A program made the translations under genes and the position numbers. From Haplodiscus bocki (lineage: Eukaryota): 64,000 nt of DNA. Under the pieces are notes generated by a model. That model made no database searches. It had not been told where the DNA came from and saw only the letters and a list, made by a program, of their open reading frames with translations. The first letter of the stretch is position 1, and every line of letters starts with the position of its first letter. Below, piece by piece: positions 38,701 to 53,700 of the stretch. The stretch lies in contig OZ296649.1 in assembly GCA_965655095.1 (NCBI GenBank), positions 87,854,001 to 87,918,000 on the forward strand, given 5' to 3'.

Positions 38701-41700
38701 TCCTGTCGTCGACTCGAAGGGCTCGGGCGCAGACAAGTTATGGAAATACGGAAGAAAAAAAACGAAGTTTTAGACGGTTGTAGCCAATCGTATTGGAGCA
38801 GCAATTCTGATCCTTGTTGCTGATCTTGAGCGCAAACCCAGAGATAAGCTCAAAAGCAAGTATATCTCTCCCTGAAGATATATGAAGCGATTTACGAACT
38901 TAATACGTTCTTATCTGGAGTGAAAATGTACAACTGCATTCTTCGAACAGTTTGACCTGGAAAAAAGCAACAACTTGAATTTCAACTTCAGCCGCAATTC
39001 AGTAAACAAATATTAGTGAACAGCTAAAACAAGAATACATTGTATTATATGCTTACCTTTTATAAAGTACGTCAGAAAAACATGCTTCACCCGGCAATCT
39101 GTAGATCTTCCTCACAGGGTTAAAATTGGTCCAACATATTAAAGAAAAAGCGTCTAGATCAGCCGCAAAATGAGAAAAAAAGTCAGGTTTAGATCAACGT
39201 ATTGCATTCAAGACCACATCGACTAACTGAAAAACAAAAGAAAAGTCACCTCTGACGGCTTCTGCAAATGAATGAGGACAATCGTCTTGCTTCGGCAACA
39301 GCGGAAGTTTTTGGGTCTTTGAAATCCTGTCGTCGACTCGAAGGGCTCGGGCGCAGACAAGTTATGGAAATACGGAAGAAAAAAAACGAAGTTTTAGACG
39401 GTTGTAGCCAATCGTATTGGAGCAGCAATTCTGATCCTTGTTGCTGATCTTGAGCGCAAACCCAGAGATAAGCTCAAAAGCAAGTATATCTCTCCCTGAA
39501 GATATATGAAGCGATTTACGAACTTAATACGTTCTTATCTGGAGTGAAAATGTACAACTGCATTCTTCGAACAGTTTGACCTGGAAAAAAGCAACAACTT
39601 GAATTTCATCTTCAGCCGCAATTCAGTAAAAAAATATTAGTGAACAGCTAAAACAAGAATACATTCTAGTATATGCTTACCTTTTATAAAGTACGTCAGA
39701 AAAACATGCTTCACCCGGCAATCTGTAGATCTTCCTCACAGGGTTAAAATTGGTCCAACATATTAAAGAAAAAGCGTCTAAATCAGCCGCAACATGAGAA
39801 AAAAAGTCAGGTTTAGATCAACGTATTGCATTCAAGACCACATCGACTAACTGAAAAACAAAAGAAAAGTCACCTCTGATGGCTTCTGCAAATGAATGAG
39901 GACAATCGTCTTGCTTCAGCAACAGCGGAAGTTTTTGGGTCTTTGAAATCCTGTCGTCGACTCGAAGGGCTCGGGCGCAGACAAGTTATGGAAATACGGA
40001 AGAAAAAAAACGAAGTTTTAGACGGTTGTAGCCAATCGTATTGGAGCAGCAATTCTGATCCTTGTTGATGATCTTGAGCGCAAACCCAGAGATAAGCTCA
40101 AAAGCAAGTATATCTCTCCCTGAAGATATATGAAGCGATTTACGAACTTAATACGTTCTTATCTGGAGTGAAAATGTACAACTGCATTCTTCGAACAGTT
40201 TGACCTGGAAAAAAGCAACAACTTGAATTTCAACTTCAGCCGCAATTCAGTAAAAAAATATTAGTGAACAGCTAAAACAAGAATACATTGTATTATATGC
40301 TTGCCTTTTATAAAGTACGTCAGAAAAACATGCTTCACCCGGCAATCTGTAGATCTTCCTCACAGGGTTGAAATTGGTCCAACATATTAAAGAAAAAGCG
40401 TCTAGATCAGCCGCAACATGAGAAAAAAAGTCAGGTTTAGATCAACGTATTGCATTCAAGACCACATCGACTAACTGAAGAACAAAAGAAAAGTCACCTC
40501 TGATGGCTTCTGCAAATGAATGAGGACAATCGTCTTGCTTCAGCAACAGCGGAAGTTTTTGGGTCTCTGAAATCCTGTCGTCGACTCGAAGGGTTCGGGC
40601 GCAGACAAGTTATGGAAATACGGAAGAAAAAAAAACGAAGTTTTAGACGGTTGTAGCCAATCGTATTGGAGCAGCAATTTTGATCCTTGTTGCTGATCTT
40701 GAGCGCAAACCCAGAGATAAGCTCAAAAGCAAGTATATTTCTCCCTGAAGATATATGAAGCGATTTACGAACTTAATACGTTCTTGTCTGGAGTAAAATT
40801 GTACAACTGCATTCTATTTACAGTTTGACCTGGAAAAAAGCAACAATTTGAGTTTCAACTTCAACTTCAATTCATTAAACAAATATTGATGAATAGTTAA
40901 AACAAAAATAAACTAGTATCTGCTTACCTTTTAGCAACTACGTCAGAAAAACATCCTTCACCCGGCAATCTGTAGATCTTCCTCACAGGGTTAAAATTGG
41001 TGCGACATTTAAACAAAAAGCGTCCAAATTAGCCGCAACTTGAGAAAAGAAGTCACGCTTAGATCAATATATTGCATTCAAGACTACATCGACTAACTGA
41101 AAAACAAAAGAAAAGTCACCTCTGATGGCTTCTGCAAATGAATGAGGACACTCGTCTTGCTTCAGCAACAGCGGAACTCTCTGGGTCTTTGAAATCCTGT
41201 CGTCGACTCCAAGGGCTCGGGCGCAGACAAGTTATGGAAATTCGGAGAAAATTAAATCGATTTTTCAACCAGTTGTAGCCAATTGCATTGGAGCAGCGGT
41301 TCTGATCCTTATCGCTGACCTTGACCGCAAACCCAGAGATAAGCTCAAAAGCAAAAATATCTCTCCCTGAAGGTATACGAAACAATATACGAACTTAATA
41401 CGTTCATGTCTGGAGTGAAAAAATGCAACTGCATTCTACGAACAGTTTGACCTGGAAAAAAGCAACAATTTGAGTTTCAACTTCAAATTCAATTCATTAA
41501 ACAAATATTGATGAATAGTTAAAACAAAAATAAACTGTAGTATCTGCTTACCTTTTAGCAACTACGTCAGAAAAACATGCTTCACCCGGCAATCAGTAGT
41601 TCTTCCTCACAGGGTTAAAACTTGTCCAACATTCTAGACAAAGAGCGTCTAAATCAGCCGCAACATTTGAAAAGAAGTCAAGCTTAGATCAACGTATTGT

Positions 41701-44700
41701 ATCCAAGACCAAATCGGTTAACTGAACGACAAAGGAAAAGTCACCTTTGATGGCTTCTGCAAATGAATGAGGACAACCGTCTTGCTTCAGCAACAGCGGA
41801 TATCTCTGGGTCTTTGAAATCCTGTCGTCGACTCGAAGGGCTCGGGCGCAGACAAGTTATGGAAATGCGGAAGAAAAAAACACGAAGTTTTAGACGGCTG
41901 TAGCCAATCGTATTGGAGCGGCAATTCTGATCCTTATCGCTGATCTTGAGCGCAAACACAGAGATAAGCTCAAAAGCAAGTATATCTCTCCCTGAAGACA
42001 TATGGAGCGTTATACGAACTTAAGACGTTCTTATCTGGAGTGAAAATGTACAACTGCATTCTTCGAACAGTTTGACCTGGAAAAAAGCAACAACTTGAAT
42101 TTCAACTTCAGCCCCAATTCAGTAAACAAATATTAGTGAACAGCTAAAACAACAATACACTGTAGTATATGCTTACCTTTTTTAAAGTACGTCAGAAAAA
42201 CATGCTTCACCCGGCAATCTGTAGATCTTCCTCACAGGGTTAAAATTGGTCCAACATATTAAAGAAAAAGCGTCTAGATCAGCCGCAACATGAGAAAAAA
42301 AGTCAGGTTTAGATCAACGTATTGCATTCAAGACCACATCGACTAACTGAAAAACAAAAGAAAAGTCACCTCTGATGGCTTCTGCAAATGAATGAGGACA
42401 ATCGTCTTGCTTCAGCAACAGCGGAAGTTTTTGGGTCTTAAAATCCTGTCGTCGACTCGAAGGGCTCGGGCGCAGACAAGTTATGGAAATACGGAAGAAA
42501 AAAAACGAAGTTTTATATGGTTGTAGCCAATCGTATTGGAGCAGCAATTCTGATCCTTGTTGCTGATCTTGAGCGCAAACCCAGAGATAAGCTCAAAAGC
42601 AAGTATATCTCTCCCTGAAGATCTATGAAGCGATTTACGAACTTAATACGTTCTTATCTGGAGTGAAAATGTACAACTCCATTCTTCGAACAGTTTGACC
42701 TGGAAAAAAGCAACAACTTGAATTTCAACTTCAGCCCCAATTCAGTAAACAAATTTTGGTGAACAGCTAAAACAAGAATACATTGTAGTATATGTTTACC
42801 TTTTATAAAGTACGTCAGAAAAACATGCTTCACCCGGCAATCTGTAGATCTTCCTCACAGGGTTAAAATTGGTCCAACATATTAAAGAAAAAGCGTCTAG
42901 ATCAGCCGCAACATGAGAAAAAAAGTCAGGTTTAGATCAACGTATTGCATTCAAGACCACATCGACTAACTGAAAAACAAAAGAAAAGTCACCTCTGATG
43001 GCTTCTGCAAATGAATGAGGACAATCGTCTTGCTTCAGCAACAGCGGAAGTTTTTGGGTCTTTGAAATCTGTCGTCGACTCGAAGGGCTCGGGCGCAGAC
43101 AAGTTATGGAAATACGGAAGAGAAAAAACGAAGTTTTAGACGGTTGTAGCCAATCGTATTGGAGCAGCAATTCTGATCCTTAATGCTGATCTTGAGCGCA
43201 AACCCAGAGATAAGCTCAAAAGCAAGTATATCTCTCCCTGAAGATCTATGAAGCGATTTACGAACTTAATACGTTCTTATCTGGAGTGAAAATGTACAAC
43301 TCCATTCTTCGAACAGTTTGACCTGGAAAAAAGCAACAACTTGAATTTCAACTTCAGCCCCAATTCAGTAAACAAATTTTGGTGAACAGCTAAAACAAGA
43401 ATACATTGTAGTATATGTTTACCTTTTATAAAGTACGTCAGAAAAACATGCTTCACCCGGCAATCTGTAGATCTTCCTCACAGGGTTAAAATTGGTCCAA
43501 CATATTAAAGAAAAAGCGTCTAGCTCAGCCGCAACATGAGAAAAAAATTCAGGTTTAGATCAACGTATTGCATTCAAGACCACATCGACTAACTGAAAAA
43601 CAAAAGAAAAGTCACCTCTGATGGCTTCTGCAAATGAATGAGGACAATCGTCTTGCTTCAGCAACAGCGGAAGTTTTTGGGTCTTTGAAATCTGTCGTCG
43701 ACTCGAAGGGCTCGGGCGCAGACAAGTTATGGAAATACGGAAGAGAAAAAACGAAGTTTTAGACGGTTGTAGCCAATCGTATTGGAGCAGCAATTCTGAT
43801 CCTTAATGCTGATCTTGAGCGCAAACCCAGAGATAAGCTCAAAAGCAAGTATATTTCTCCCTGAAGATCTATGAAGCGATTTACGAACTTAATACGTTCT
43901 TATCTGGAGTGAAAATGTACAACTGCATTCTTCGAACAGTTTGACCTGGAAAAAAGCAACAACTTGAATTTCAACTTCAGCCCCAATTCAGTAAACAAAT
44001 TTTGGTGAACAGCTAAAACAAGAATACATTGTAGTATATGTTTACCTTTTATAAAGTACGTCAGAAAAACATGCTTCACCCGGCAATCTGTAGATCTTCC
44101 TCACAGGGTTAAAATTGGTCCAACATATTAAAGAAAAAGCGTCTAGATCAGCCGCAACATGAGAAAAAAAGTCAGGTTTAGATCAACGTATTGCATTCAA
44201 GACCACATCGACTAACTGAAAAACAAAAGAAAAGTCACCTCTGATGGCTTCTGCAAATGAATGAGGACAATCGTCTTGCTTCAGCAACAGCGGAAGTTTT
44301 TGGGTCTTTGAAATCTGTCGTCGACTCGAAGGGCTCGGGCGCAGACAAGTTATGGAAATACGGAAGAGAAAAAACGAAGTTTTAGACGGTTGTAGCCAAT
44401 CGTATTGGAGCAGCAATTCTGATCCTTAATGCTGATCTTGAGCGCAAACCCAGAGATAAGCTCAAAAGCAAGTATATCTCTCCCTGAAGATTTATGAAGC
44501 GATTTACGAACTTAATACGTTCTTATCTGGAGTAAAATTGTACAACTGCATTCTATTTACAGTTTGACCTGGAAAAAAGCAACAATTTGAGTTTCAACAT
44601 CAACTTCAATTCATTAAACAAATATTGATGAATAGTTAAAACAAAAATAAACTGTAGTATCTGCTTACCTTTTAGCAACTACGTCAGAAAAACATCCTTC

Positions 44701-47700
44701 ACCCGGCAATCTGTAGATCTTCCTCACAGGGTTAAAATTGGTGCGACAATTAAACAAAAAGCGTCCAAATTAGCCGCAACTTGAGAAAAGAAGTCACGCT
44801 TAGATCAATATATTGCATTCAAGACTACATCGACTAACTGAAAAACAAAAGAAAAGTCACCTCTGATGGCTTCTGCAAATGAATGAGGACACTCGTCTTG
44901 CTTCAGCAACAGCGGAACTCTCTGGGTCTTTGAAATCCTGTCTTCGACTCCAAGGGCTCGGGCGCAGACAAGTTATGGAAATTCGGAGAAAATTAAATCG
45001 ATTTTTCAACCAGTTGTAGCCAATTGCATTGGAGCAGCAGTTCTGATCCTTATCGCTGACCTTGACCGCAAACCCAGAGATAAGCTCAAAAGCAAAGATA
45101 TCTCTCCCTGAAGGTATACGAAACAATATACGAACTTAATACGTTCATGTCTGGAGTGAAAAAATGCAACTGCATTCTACGAACAGTTTGACCTGGAAAA
45201 AAGCAACAATTTGAGTTTCAACTTCAAATTCAATTCATTAAACAAATATTGATGAATAGTTAAAACAAAAATAAACTGTAGTATCTGCTTACCTTTTAGC
45301 AACTACGTCAGAAAAACATGCTTCACCCGGCAATCAGTAGTTCTTCCTCACAGGGTTAAAACTTGTCCAACATTCTAGACAAAGAGCGTCTAAATCAGCC
45401 GCAACATTTGAAAAGAAGTCAAGCTTAGATCAACGTATTGTATTCAAGACCACATCGACTAACTGAAAAACAAAAGAAAAGTCACCTCTGATGGCTTCTG
45501 CAAATGAATGAGGACAATCGTCTTGCTTCAGCAACAGCGGAAGTTTTTGGGTCTTTGAAATCTGTCGTCGACTCGAAGGGCTCGGGCGCAGACAAGTTAT
45601 GGAAATACGGAAGAGAAAAAACGAAGTTTTAGACGGTTGTAGCCAATCGTATTGGAGCAGCAATTCTGATCCTTAATGCTGATCTTGAGCGCAAACCCAG
45701 AGATAAGCTCAAAAGCAAGTATATTTCTCCCTGAAGATCTATGAAGCGATTTACGAACTTAATACGTTCTTATCTGGAGTGAAAATGTACAACTGCATTC
45801 TTCGAACAGTTTGACCTGGAAAAAAGCAACAACTTGAATTTCAACTTCAGCCCCAATTCAGTAAACAAATTTTGGTGAACAGCTAAAACAAGAATACATT
45901 GTAGTATATGTTTACCTTTTATAAAGTACGTCAGAAAAACATGCTTCACCCGGCAATCTGTAGATCTTCCTCACAGGGTTAAAATTGGTCCAACATATTA
46001 AAGAAAAAGCGTCTAGATCAGCCGCAACATGAGAAAAAAAGTCAGGTTTAGATCAACGTATTGCATTCAAGACCACATCGACTAACTGAAAAACAAAAGA
46101 AAAGTCACCTCTGATGGCTTCTGCAAATGAATGAGGACAATCGTCTTGCTTCAGCAACAGCGGAAGTTTTTGGGTCTTTGAAATCTGTCGTCGACTCGAA
46201 GGGCTCGGGCGCAGACAAGTTATGGAAATACGGAAGAGAAAAAACGAAGTTTTAGACGGTTGTAGCCAATCGTATTGGAGCAGCAATTCTGATCCTTAAT
46301 GCTGATCTTGAGCGCAAACCCAGAGATAAGCTCAAAAGCAAGTATATTTCTCCCTGAAGATCTATGAAGCGATTTACGAACTTAATACGTTCTTATCTGG
46401 AGTGAAAATGTACAACTGCATTCTTCGAACAGTTTGACCTGGAAAAAAGCAACAACTTGAATTTCAACTTCAGCCCCAATTCAGTAAACAAATTTTGGTG
46501 AACAGCTAAAACAAGAATACATTGTAGTATATGTTTACCTTTTATAAAGTACGTCAGAAAAACATGCTTCACCCGGCAATCTGTAGATCTTCCTCACAGG
46601 GTTAAAATTGGTCCAACATATTAAAGAAAAAGCGTCTAGATCAGCCGCAACATGAGAAAAAAAGTCAGGTTTAGATCAACGTATTGCATTCAAGACCACA
46701 TCGACTAACTGAAAAACAAAAGAAAAGTCACCTCTGATGGCTTCTGCAAATGAATGAGGACAATCGTCTTGCTTCAGCAACAGCGGAAGTTTTTGGGTCT
46801 TTGAAATCTGTCGTCGACTCGAAGGGCTCGGGCGCAGACAAGTTATGGAAATACGGAAGAGAAAAAACGAAGTTTTAGACGGTTGTAGCCAATCGTATTG
46901 GAGCAGCAATTCTGATCCTTAATGCTGATCTTGAGCGCAAACCCAGAGATAAGCTCAAAAGCAAGTATATCTCTCCCTGAAGATTTATGAAGCGATTTAC
47001 GAACTTAATACGTTCTTATCTGGAGTAAAATTGTACAACTGCATTCTATTTACAGTTTGACCTGGAAAAAAGCAACAATTTGAGTTTCAACATCAACTTC
47101 AATTCATTAAACAAATATTGATGAATAGTTAAAACAAAAATAAACTGTAGTATCTGCTTACCTTTTAGCAACTACGTCAGAAAAACATCCTTCACCCGGC
47201 AATCTGTAGATCTTCCTCACAGGGTTAAAATTGGTGCGACAATTAAACAAAAAGCGTCCAAATTAGCCGCAACTTGAGAAAAGAAGTCACGCTTAGATCA
47301 ATATATTGCATTCAAGACTACATCGACTAACTGAAAAACAAAAGAAAAGTCACCTCTGATGGCTTCTGCAAATGAATGAGGACACTCGTCTTGCTTCAGC
47401 AACAGCGGAACTCTCTGGGTCTTTGAAATCCTGTCTTCGACTCCAAGGGCTCGGGCGCAGACAAGTTATGGAAATTCGGAGAAAATTAAATCGATTTTTC
47501 AACCAGTTGTAGCCAATTGCATTGGAGCAGCAGTTCTGATCCTTATCGCTGACCTTGACCGCAAACCCAGAGATAAGCTCAAAAGCAAAGATATCTCTCC
47601 CTGAAGGTATACGAAACAATATACGAACTTAATACGTTCATGTCTGGAGTGAAAAAATGCAACTGCATTCTACGAACAGTTTGACCTGGAAAAAAGCAAC

Positions 47701-50700
47701 AATTTGAGTTTCAACTTCAACTTCAATTCATTAAACAAATATTGATGAATAGTTAAAACAAAAATAAACTGTAGTATCTGCTTACCTTTTAGCAACTACG
47801 TCAGAAAAACATGCTTCACCCGGCAATCAGTAGTTCTTCCTCACAGGGTTAAAACTTGTCCAACATTCTAGACAAAGAGCGTCTAAATCAGCCGCAACAT
47901 TTGAAAAGAAGTCAAGCTTAGATCAACGTATTGTATTCAAGACCAAATCGGTTAACTGAAAAACAAAAGAAAAGTCACCTTTGATGGCTTCTGCAAATGA
48001 ATGAGGACAACCGTCTTGCTTCAGCAACAGCGGATATCTCTGGGTCTTTGAAATCCTGTCGTCGACTCGAAGGGCTCGGGCGCAGACAAGTTATGGAAAT
48101 ACGGAAGAAAAAAAAACGAAGTTTTAGATGGTTGTAGCCAATCGTATTGGAGCAGCAATTCTGATCCTTGTTGCTGATCTTGAGCGCAAACCCAGAGATA
48201 AGCTCAAAAGCAAGTATATTTCTCCCTGAAGATCTATGAAGCGATTTACGAACTTAATACGTTCTTATCTGGAGTGAAAATGTACAACTGCATTCTTCGA
48301 ACAGTTTGACCTGGAAAAAAGCAACAACTTGAATTTCAACTTCAGCCCCAATTCAGTAAACAAAATTTAGTGAACAGCTAAAACAAGAATACATTGTAGT
48401 ATATGCTTACCTTTTATAAAGTACGTCAGAAAAACATGCTTCACCCGGCAATCTGTAGATCTTCCTCACAGGGTTAAAATTGGTCCAACATATTAAAGAA
48501 AAAGCGTCTAGATCAGCCGCAACATGAGAAAAAAAGTCAGGTTTAGATCAACGTATTGCATTCAAGACCACATCGACTAACTGAAAAACAAAAGAAAAGT
48601 CACCTCTGATGGCTTCTGCAAATGAATGAGGACAATTGTCTTGCTTCAGCAACAGCGGAAGTTTTTGGGTCTTTGAAATCTGTTGTCGACTCGAAGGGCT
48701 CGGGCGCAGACAAGTTATGGAAATATGGAAGAGAAAAAACGAAGTTTTAGACGGTTGTAGCCAATCGTATTGGAGCAGCAATTCTGATCCTTAATGCTGA
48801 TCTTGAGCGCAAACCCAGAGATGAGCTCAAAAGCAAGTATATCTCTCCCTGAAGATTTATGAAGCGATTTACGAACTTAATACGTTCTTATCTGGAGTAA
48901 AATTGTACAACTGCATTCTATTTACAGTTTGACCTGGAAAAAAGCAACAACTTGAATTTCAACTTCAACCTCAATTCATTGAACAAATTTTAGTGAACAG
49001 ATAAAACAAAAAACAAACTGTAGTATCTCCTTACTTTTTATAAAGAACGTCAGAAAAACATCCTTCACGGGGCAATCTGTAGATCTTGCTCACAGGGTTA
49101 AAATTGGTCCAACATTTTAAACAAAAAGCGTCCAAATTAGCCGCAACTTGAGAAAAGAAGTCACGCTTAGATCAAAATATTGCATTCAAGACTACATCGA
49201 CTAACTGAAAAACAAAAAAAAGTCACCTCTGATGGATTCTGCAAATGAATGAGGACAATCGTCTTGCTTCAGCAACAGCGGAACTCTCTGGGTCTTTGAA
49301 ATCTTGTCGTCGACTCCAAGGGCTCGGGCGCAGATAAGTTATGGAAATTCGGAGAAAATTAAATCGATTTTTCAACCAGTTGTAGCCAATCGCATTTGAG
49401 CAGCAATTCTGATCCTTATCGCTGACCTTGACCGCAAACCCAGAGATAAGCTTAAAAGCAAAAATATCTCTCCCTGAAGGTATACAAAACGATATATGAA
49501 CTTAATACGTTCATGTCTGGAGTGAAAAAATGCAACTGCATTCTACGAACAGTTTGACCTGGAAAAAAGCATCAACTTGAGTTTCAACTTCAACTTCAAT
49601 TCATTAAACAAATATTGATGAATAGTTAAAACAAAAATAAACTGTAGTATCTGCTTACTTTTTATAAAGTACGTCAGAAAAACATGCTTTACCCGGCAAT
49701 CAGTAGATCTTCCTCACAGGGTTAAAATTGGTCCAACATTCTAAACAAAAAGCGTCTAAATCAGCCGCAACATTTGAAAAGAAGTCAAGCTTAGATCAAC
49801 GTATTGTATCCAAGACCAAATCGGTTAACTGAACGACAAAGGAAAAGTCACCTTTGATGGCTTCTGCAAATGAATGAGCACAATCGTCTTGCTTCAGCAA
49901 CAGCTGAAGTCTTTGGGTCTCTGAAATCCTGTCGTCGACTCAAAAGGCTCGTGCGCAGACAAGTTACAGAATTGCGGAGAAAAATAAAACGCTGTTTTGA
50001 ACGGTTGTAGCCAACTGTATTGGAGCAGCAAATCTGATCCTTATCGCTGATCTTGAGCGCAAACCCAGAGATAGGCTCAAAAACAAGTCCATGCCTCCAT
50101 GAAGATATATGAAGCGATATACAAACTTAATACGTTCTTATCTGGAGTAAAATTGTACAACTGCCTTCTACTTACAGTTTGACCTGGAAAAAAGCAACAA
50201 CTTGAATTCCAACTTCAACCTCAATTCATTATACAAATATTAGTGAACAGATAAAACAAAAAACAAACTGTAGTATCTCCTTACCTTTTATAAAGAACGT
50301 CAGAAAAACATGCTTCACCCGGCAGTCTGTAGATCTTCCTCACAGGGTTAAAATTGGTGCGACATATTAAAGAAAAAGCGTCTAGATCAGCCGCAACATG
50401 AGAAAAGAAGTCACGCTTAGATCAATATATTGCATTCAAGACTACATCGACTAACTGAAAAACAAAAGAAAAGTCACCTCTGATGGCTTCTGCAAATGAA
50501 TGAGGACACTCGTCTTGCTTCAGCAACAGCGGAACTCTCTGGGTCTTTGAAATCCTGTCTTCGACTCCAAGGGCTCGGGCGCAGACAAGTTATGGAAATT
50601 CGGAGAAAATTAAATCGATTTTTCAACCAGTTGTAGCCAATTGCATTGGAGCAGCAGTTCTGATCCTTATCGCTGACCTTGACCGCAAACCCAGAGATAA

Positions 50701-53700
50701 GCTCAAAAGCAAAGATATCTCTCCCTGAAGGTATACGAAACAATATACGAACTTAATACGTTCATGTCTGGAGTGAAAAAATGCAACTGCATTCTACGAA
50801 CAGTTTGACCTGGAAAAAAGCAACAATTTGAGTTTCAACTTCAACTTCAATTCATTAAACAAATATTGATGAATAGTTAAAACAAAAATAAACTGTAGTA
50901 TCTGCTTACCTTTTAGCAACTACGTCAGAAAAAAATGCTTCACCCGGCAATCAGTAGTTCTTCCTCACAGGGTTAAAACTTGTCCAACATTCTAGACAAA
51001 GAGCGTCTAAATCAGCCGCAACATTTGAAAAGAAGTCAAGCTTAGATCAACGTATTGTATTCAAGACCAAATCGGTTAACTGAAAAACAAAAGAAAAGTC
51101 ACCTTTGATGGCTTCTGCAAATGAATGAGGACAACCGTCTTGCTTCAGCAACAGCGGATATCTCTGGGTCTTTGAAATCCTGTCGTCGACTCGAAGGGCT
51201 CGGGCGCAGACAAGTTATGGAAATACGGAAGAAAAAAAAACGAAGTTTTAGATGGTTGTAGCCAATCGTATTGGAGCAGCAATTCTGATCCTTGTTGCTG
51301 ATCTTGAGCGCAAACCCAGAGATAAGCTCAAAAGCAAGTATATTTCTCCCTGAAGATCTATGAAGCGATTTACGAACTTAATACGTTCTTATCTGGAGTG
51401 AAAATGTACAACTGCATTCTTCGAACAGTTTGACCTGGAAAAAAGCAACAACTTGAATTTCAACTTCAGCCCCAATTCAGTAAACAAAATTTAGTGAACA
51501 GCTAAAACAAGAATACATTGTAGTATATGCTTACCTTTTATAAAGTACGTCAGAAAAACATGCTTCACCCGGCAATCTGTAGATCTTCCTCACAGGGTTA
51601 AAATTGGTCCAACATATTAAAGAAAAAGCGTCTAGATCAGCCGCAACATGAGAAAAAAAGTCAGGTTTAGATCAACGTATTGCATTCAAGACCACATCGA
51701 CTAACTGAAAAACAAAAGAAAAGTCACCTCTGATGGCTTCTGCAAATGAATGAGGACAATTGTCTTGCTTCAGCAACAGCGGAAGTTTTTGGGTCTTTGA
51801 AATCTGTTGTCGACTCGAAGGGCTCGGGCGCAGACAAGTTATGGAAATATGGAAGAGAAAAAACGAAGTTTTAGACGGTTGTAGCCAATCGTATTGGAGC
51901 AGCAATTCTGATCCTTAATGCTGATCTTGAGCGCAAACCCAGAGATGAGCTCAAAAGCAAGTATATCTCTCCCTGAAGATTTATGAAGCGATTTACGAAC
52001 TTAATACGTTCTTATCTGGAGTAAAATTGTACAACTGCATTCTATTTACAGTTTGACCTGGAAAAAAGCAACAACTTGAATTTCAACTTCAACCTCAATT
52101 CATTGAACAAATTTTAGTGAACAGATAAAACAAAAAACAAACTGTAGTATCTCCTTACTTTTTATAAAGAACGTCAGAAAAACATCCTTCACGGGGCAAT
52201 CTGTAGATCTTGCTCACAGGGTTAAAATTGGTCCAACATTTTAAACAAAAAGCGTCCAAATTAGCCGCAACTTGAGAAAAGAAGTCACGCTTAGATCAAA
52301 ATATTGCATTCAAGACTACATCGACTAACTGAAAAACAAAAAAAAGTCACCTCTGATGGATTCTGCAAATGAATGAGGACAATCGTCTTGCTTCAGCAAC
52401 AGCGGAACTCTCTGGGTCTTTGAAATCTTGTCGTCGACTCCAAGGGCTCGGGCGCAGATAAGTTATGGAAATTCGGAGAAAATTAAATCGATTTTTCAAC
52501 CAGTTGTAGCCAATCGCATTTGAGCAGCAATTCTGATCCTTATCGCTGACCTTGACCGCAAACCCAGAGATAAGCTTAAAAGCAAAAATATCTCTCCCTG
52601 AAGGTATACAAAACGATATATGAACTTAATACGTTCATGTCTGGAGTGAAAAAATGCAACTGCATTCTACGAACAGTTTGACCTGGAAAAAAGCATCAAC
52701 TTGAGTTTCAACTTCAACTTCAATTCATTAAACAAATATTGATGAATAGTTAAAACAAAAATAAACTGTAGTATCTGCTTACTTTTTATAAAGTACGTCA
52801 GAAAAACATGCTTCACCCGGCAATCAGTAGATCTTCCTCACAGGGTTAAAATTGGTCCAACATTCTAAACAAAAAGCGTCTAAATCAGCCGCAACATTTG
52901 AAAAGAAGTCAAGCTTAGATCAACGTATTGTATCCAAGACCAAATCGGTTAACTGAACGACAAAGGAAAAGTCACCTTTGATGGCTTCTGCAAATGAATG
53001 AGCACAATCGTCTTGCTTCAGCAACAGCTGAAGTCTTTGGGTCTCTGAAATCCTATCGTCGACTCAAAAGGCTCGTGCGCAGACAAGTTACAGAATTGCG
53101 GAGAAAAATAAAACGCTGTTTTGAACGGTTGTAGCCAACTGTATTGGAGCAGCAAATCTGATCCTTATCGCTGATCTTGAGCGCAAACCCAGAGATAGGC
53201 TCAAAAACAAGTCCATGCCTCCATGAAGATATATGAAGCGATATACAAACTTAATACGTTCTTATCTGGAGTAAAATTGTACAACTGCCTTCTACTTACA
53301 GTTTGACCTGGAAAAAAGCAACAACTTGAATTCCAACTTCAACCTCAATTCATTATACAAATATTAGTGAACAGATAAAACAAAAAACAAACTGTAGTAT
53401 CTCCTTACCTTTTATAAAGAACGTCAGAAAAACATGCTTCACCCGGCAGTCTGTAGATCTTCCTCACAGGGTTAAAATTGGTCCAACATATTAAAGAAAA
53501 AGCGTCTAGATCAGCCGCAACATGAGAAAAAAAGTCAGGTTTAGATCAACGTATTGCATTCAAGACCACATCGACTAACTGAAAAACAAAAGAAAAGTCA
53601 CCTCTGATGGCTTCTGCAAATGAATGAGGACAATCGTCTTGCTTCAGCAACAGCGGAAGTTTTTGGGTCTTTGAAATCTGTCGTCGACTCGAAGGGCTCG

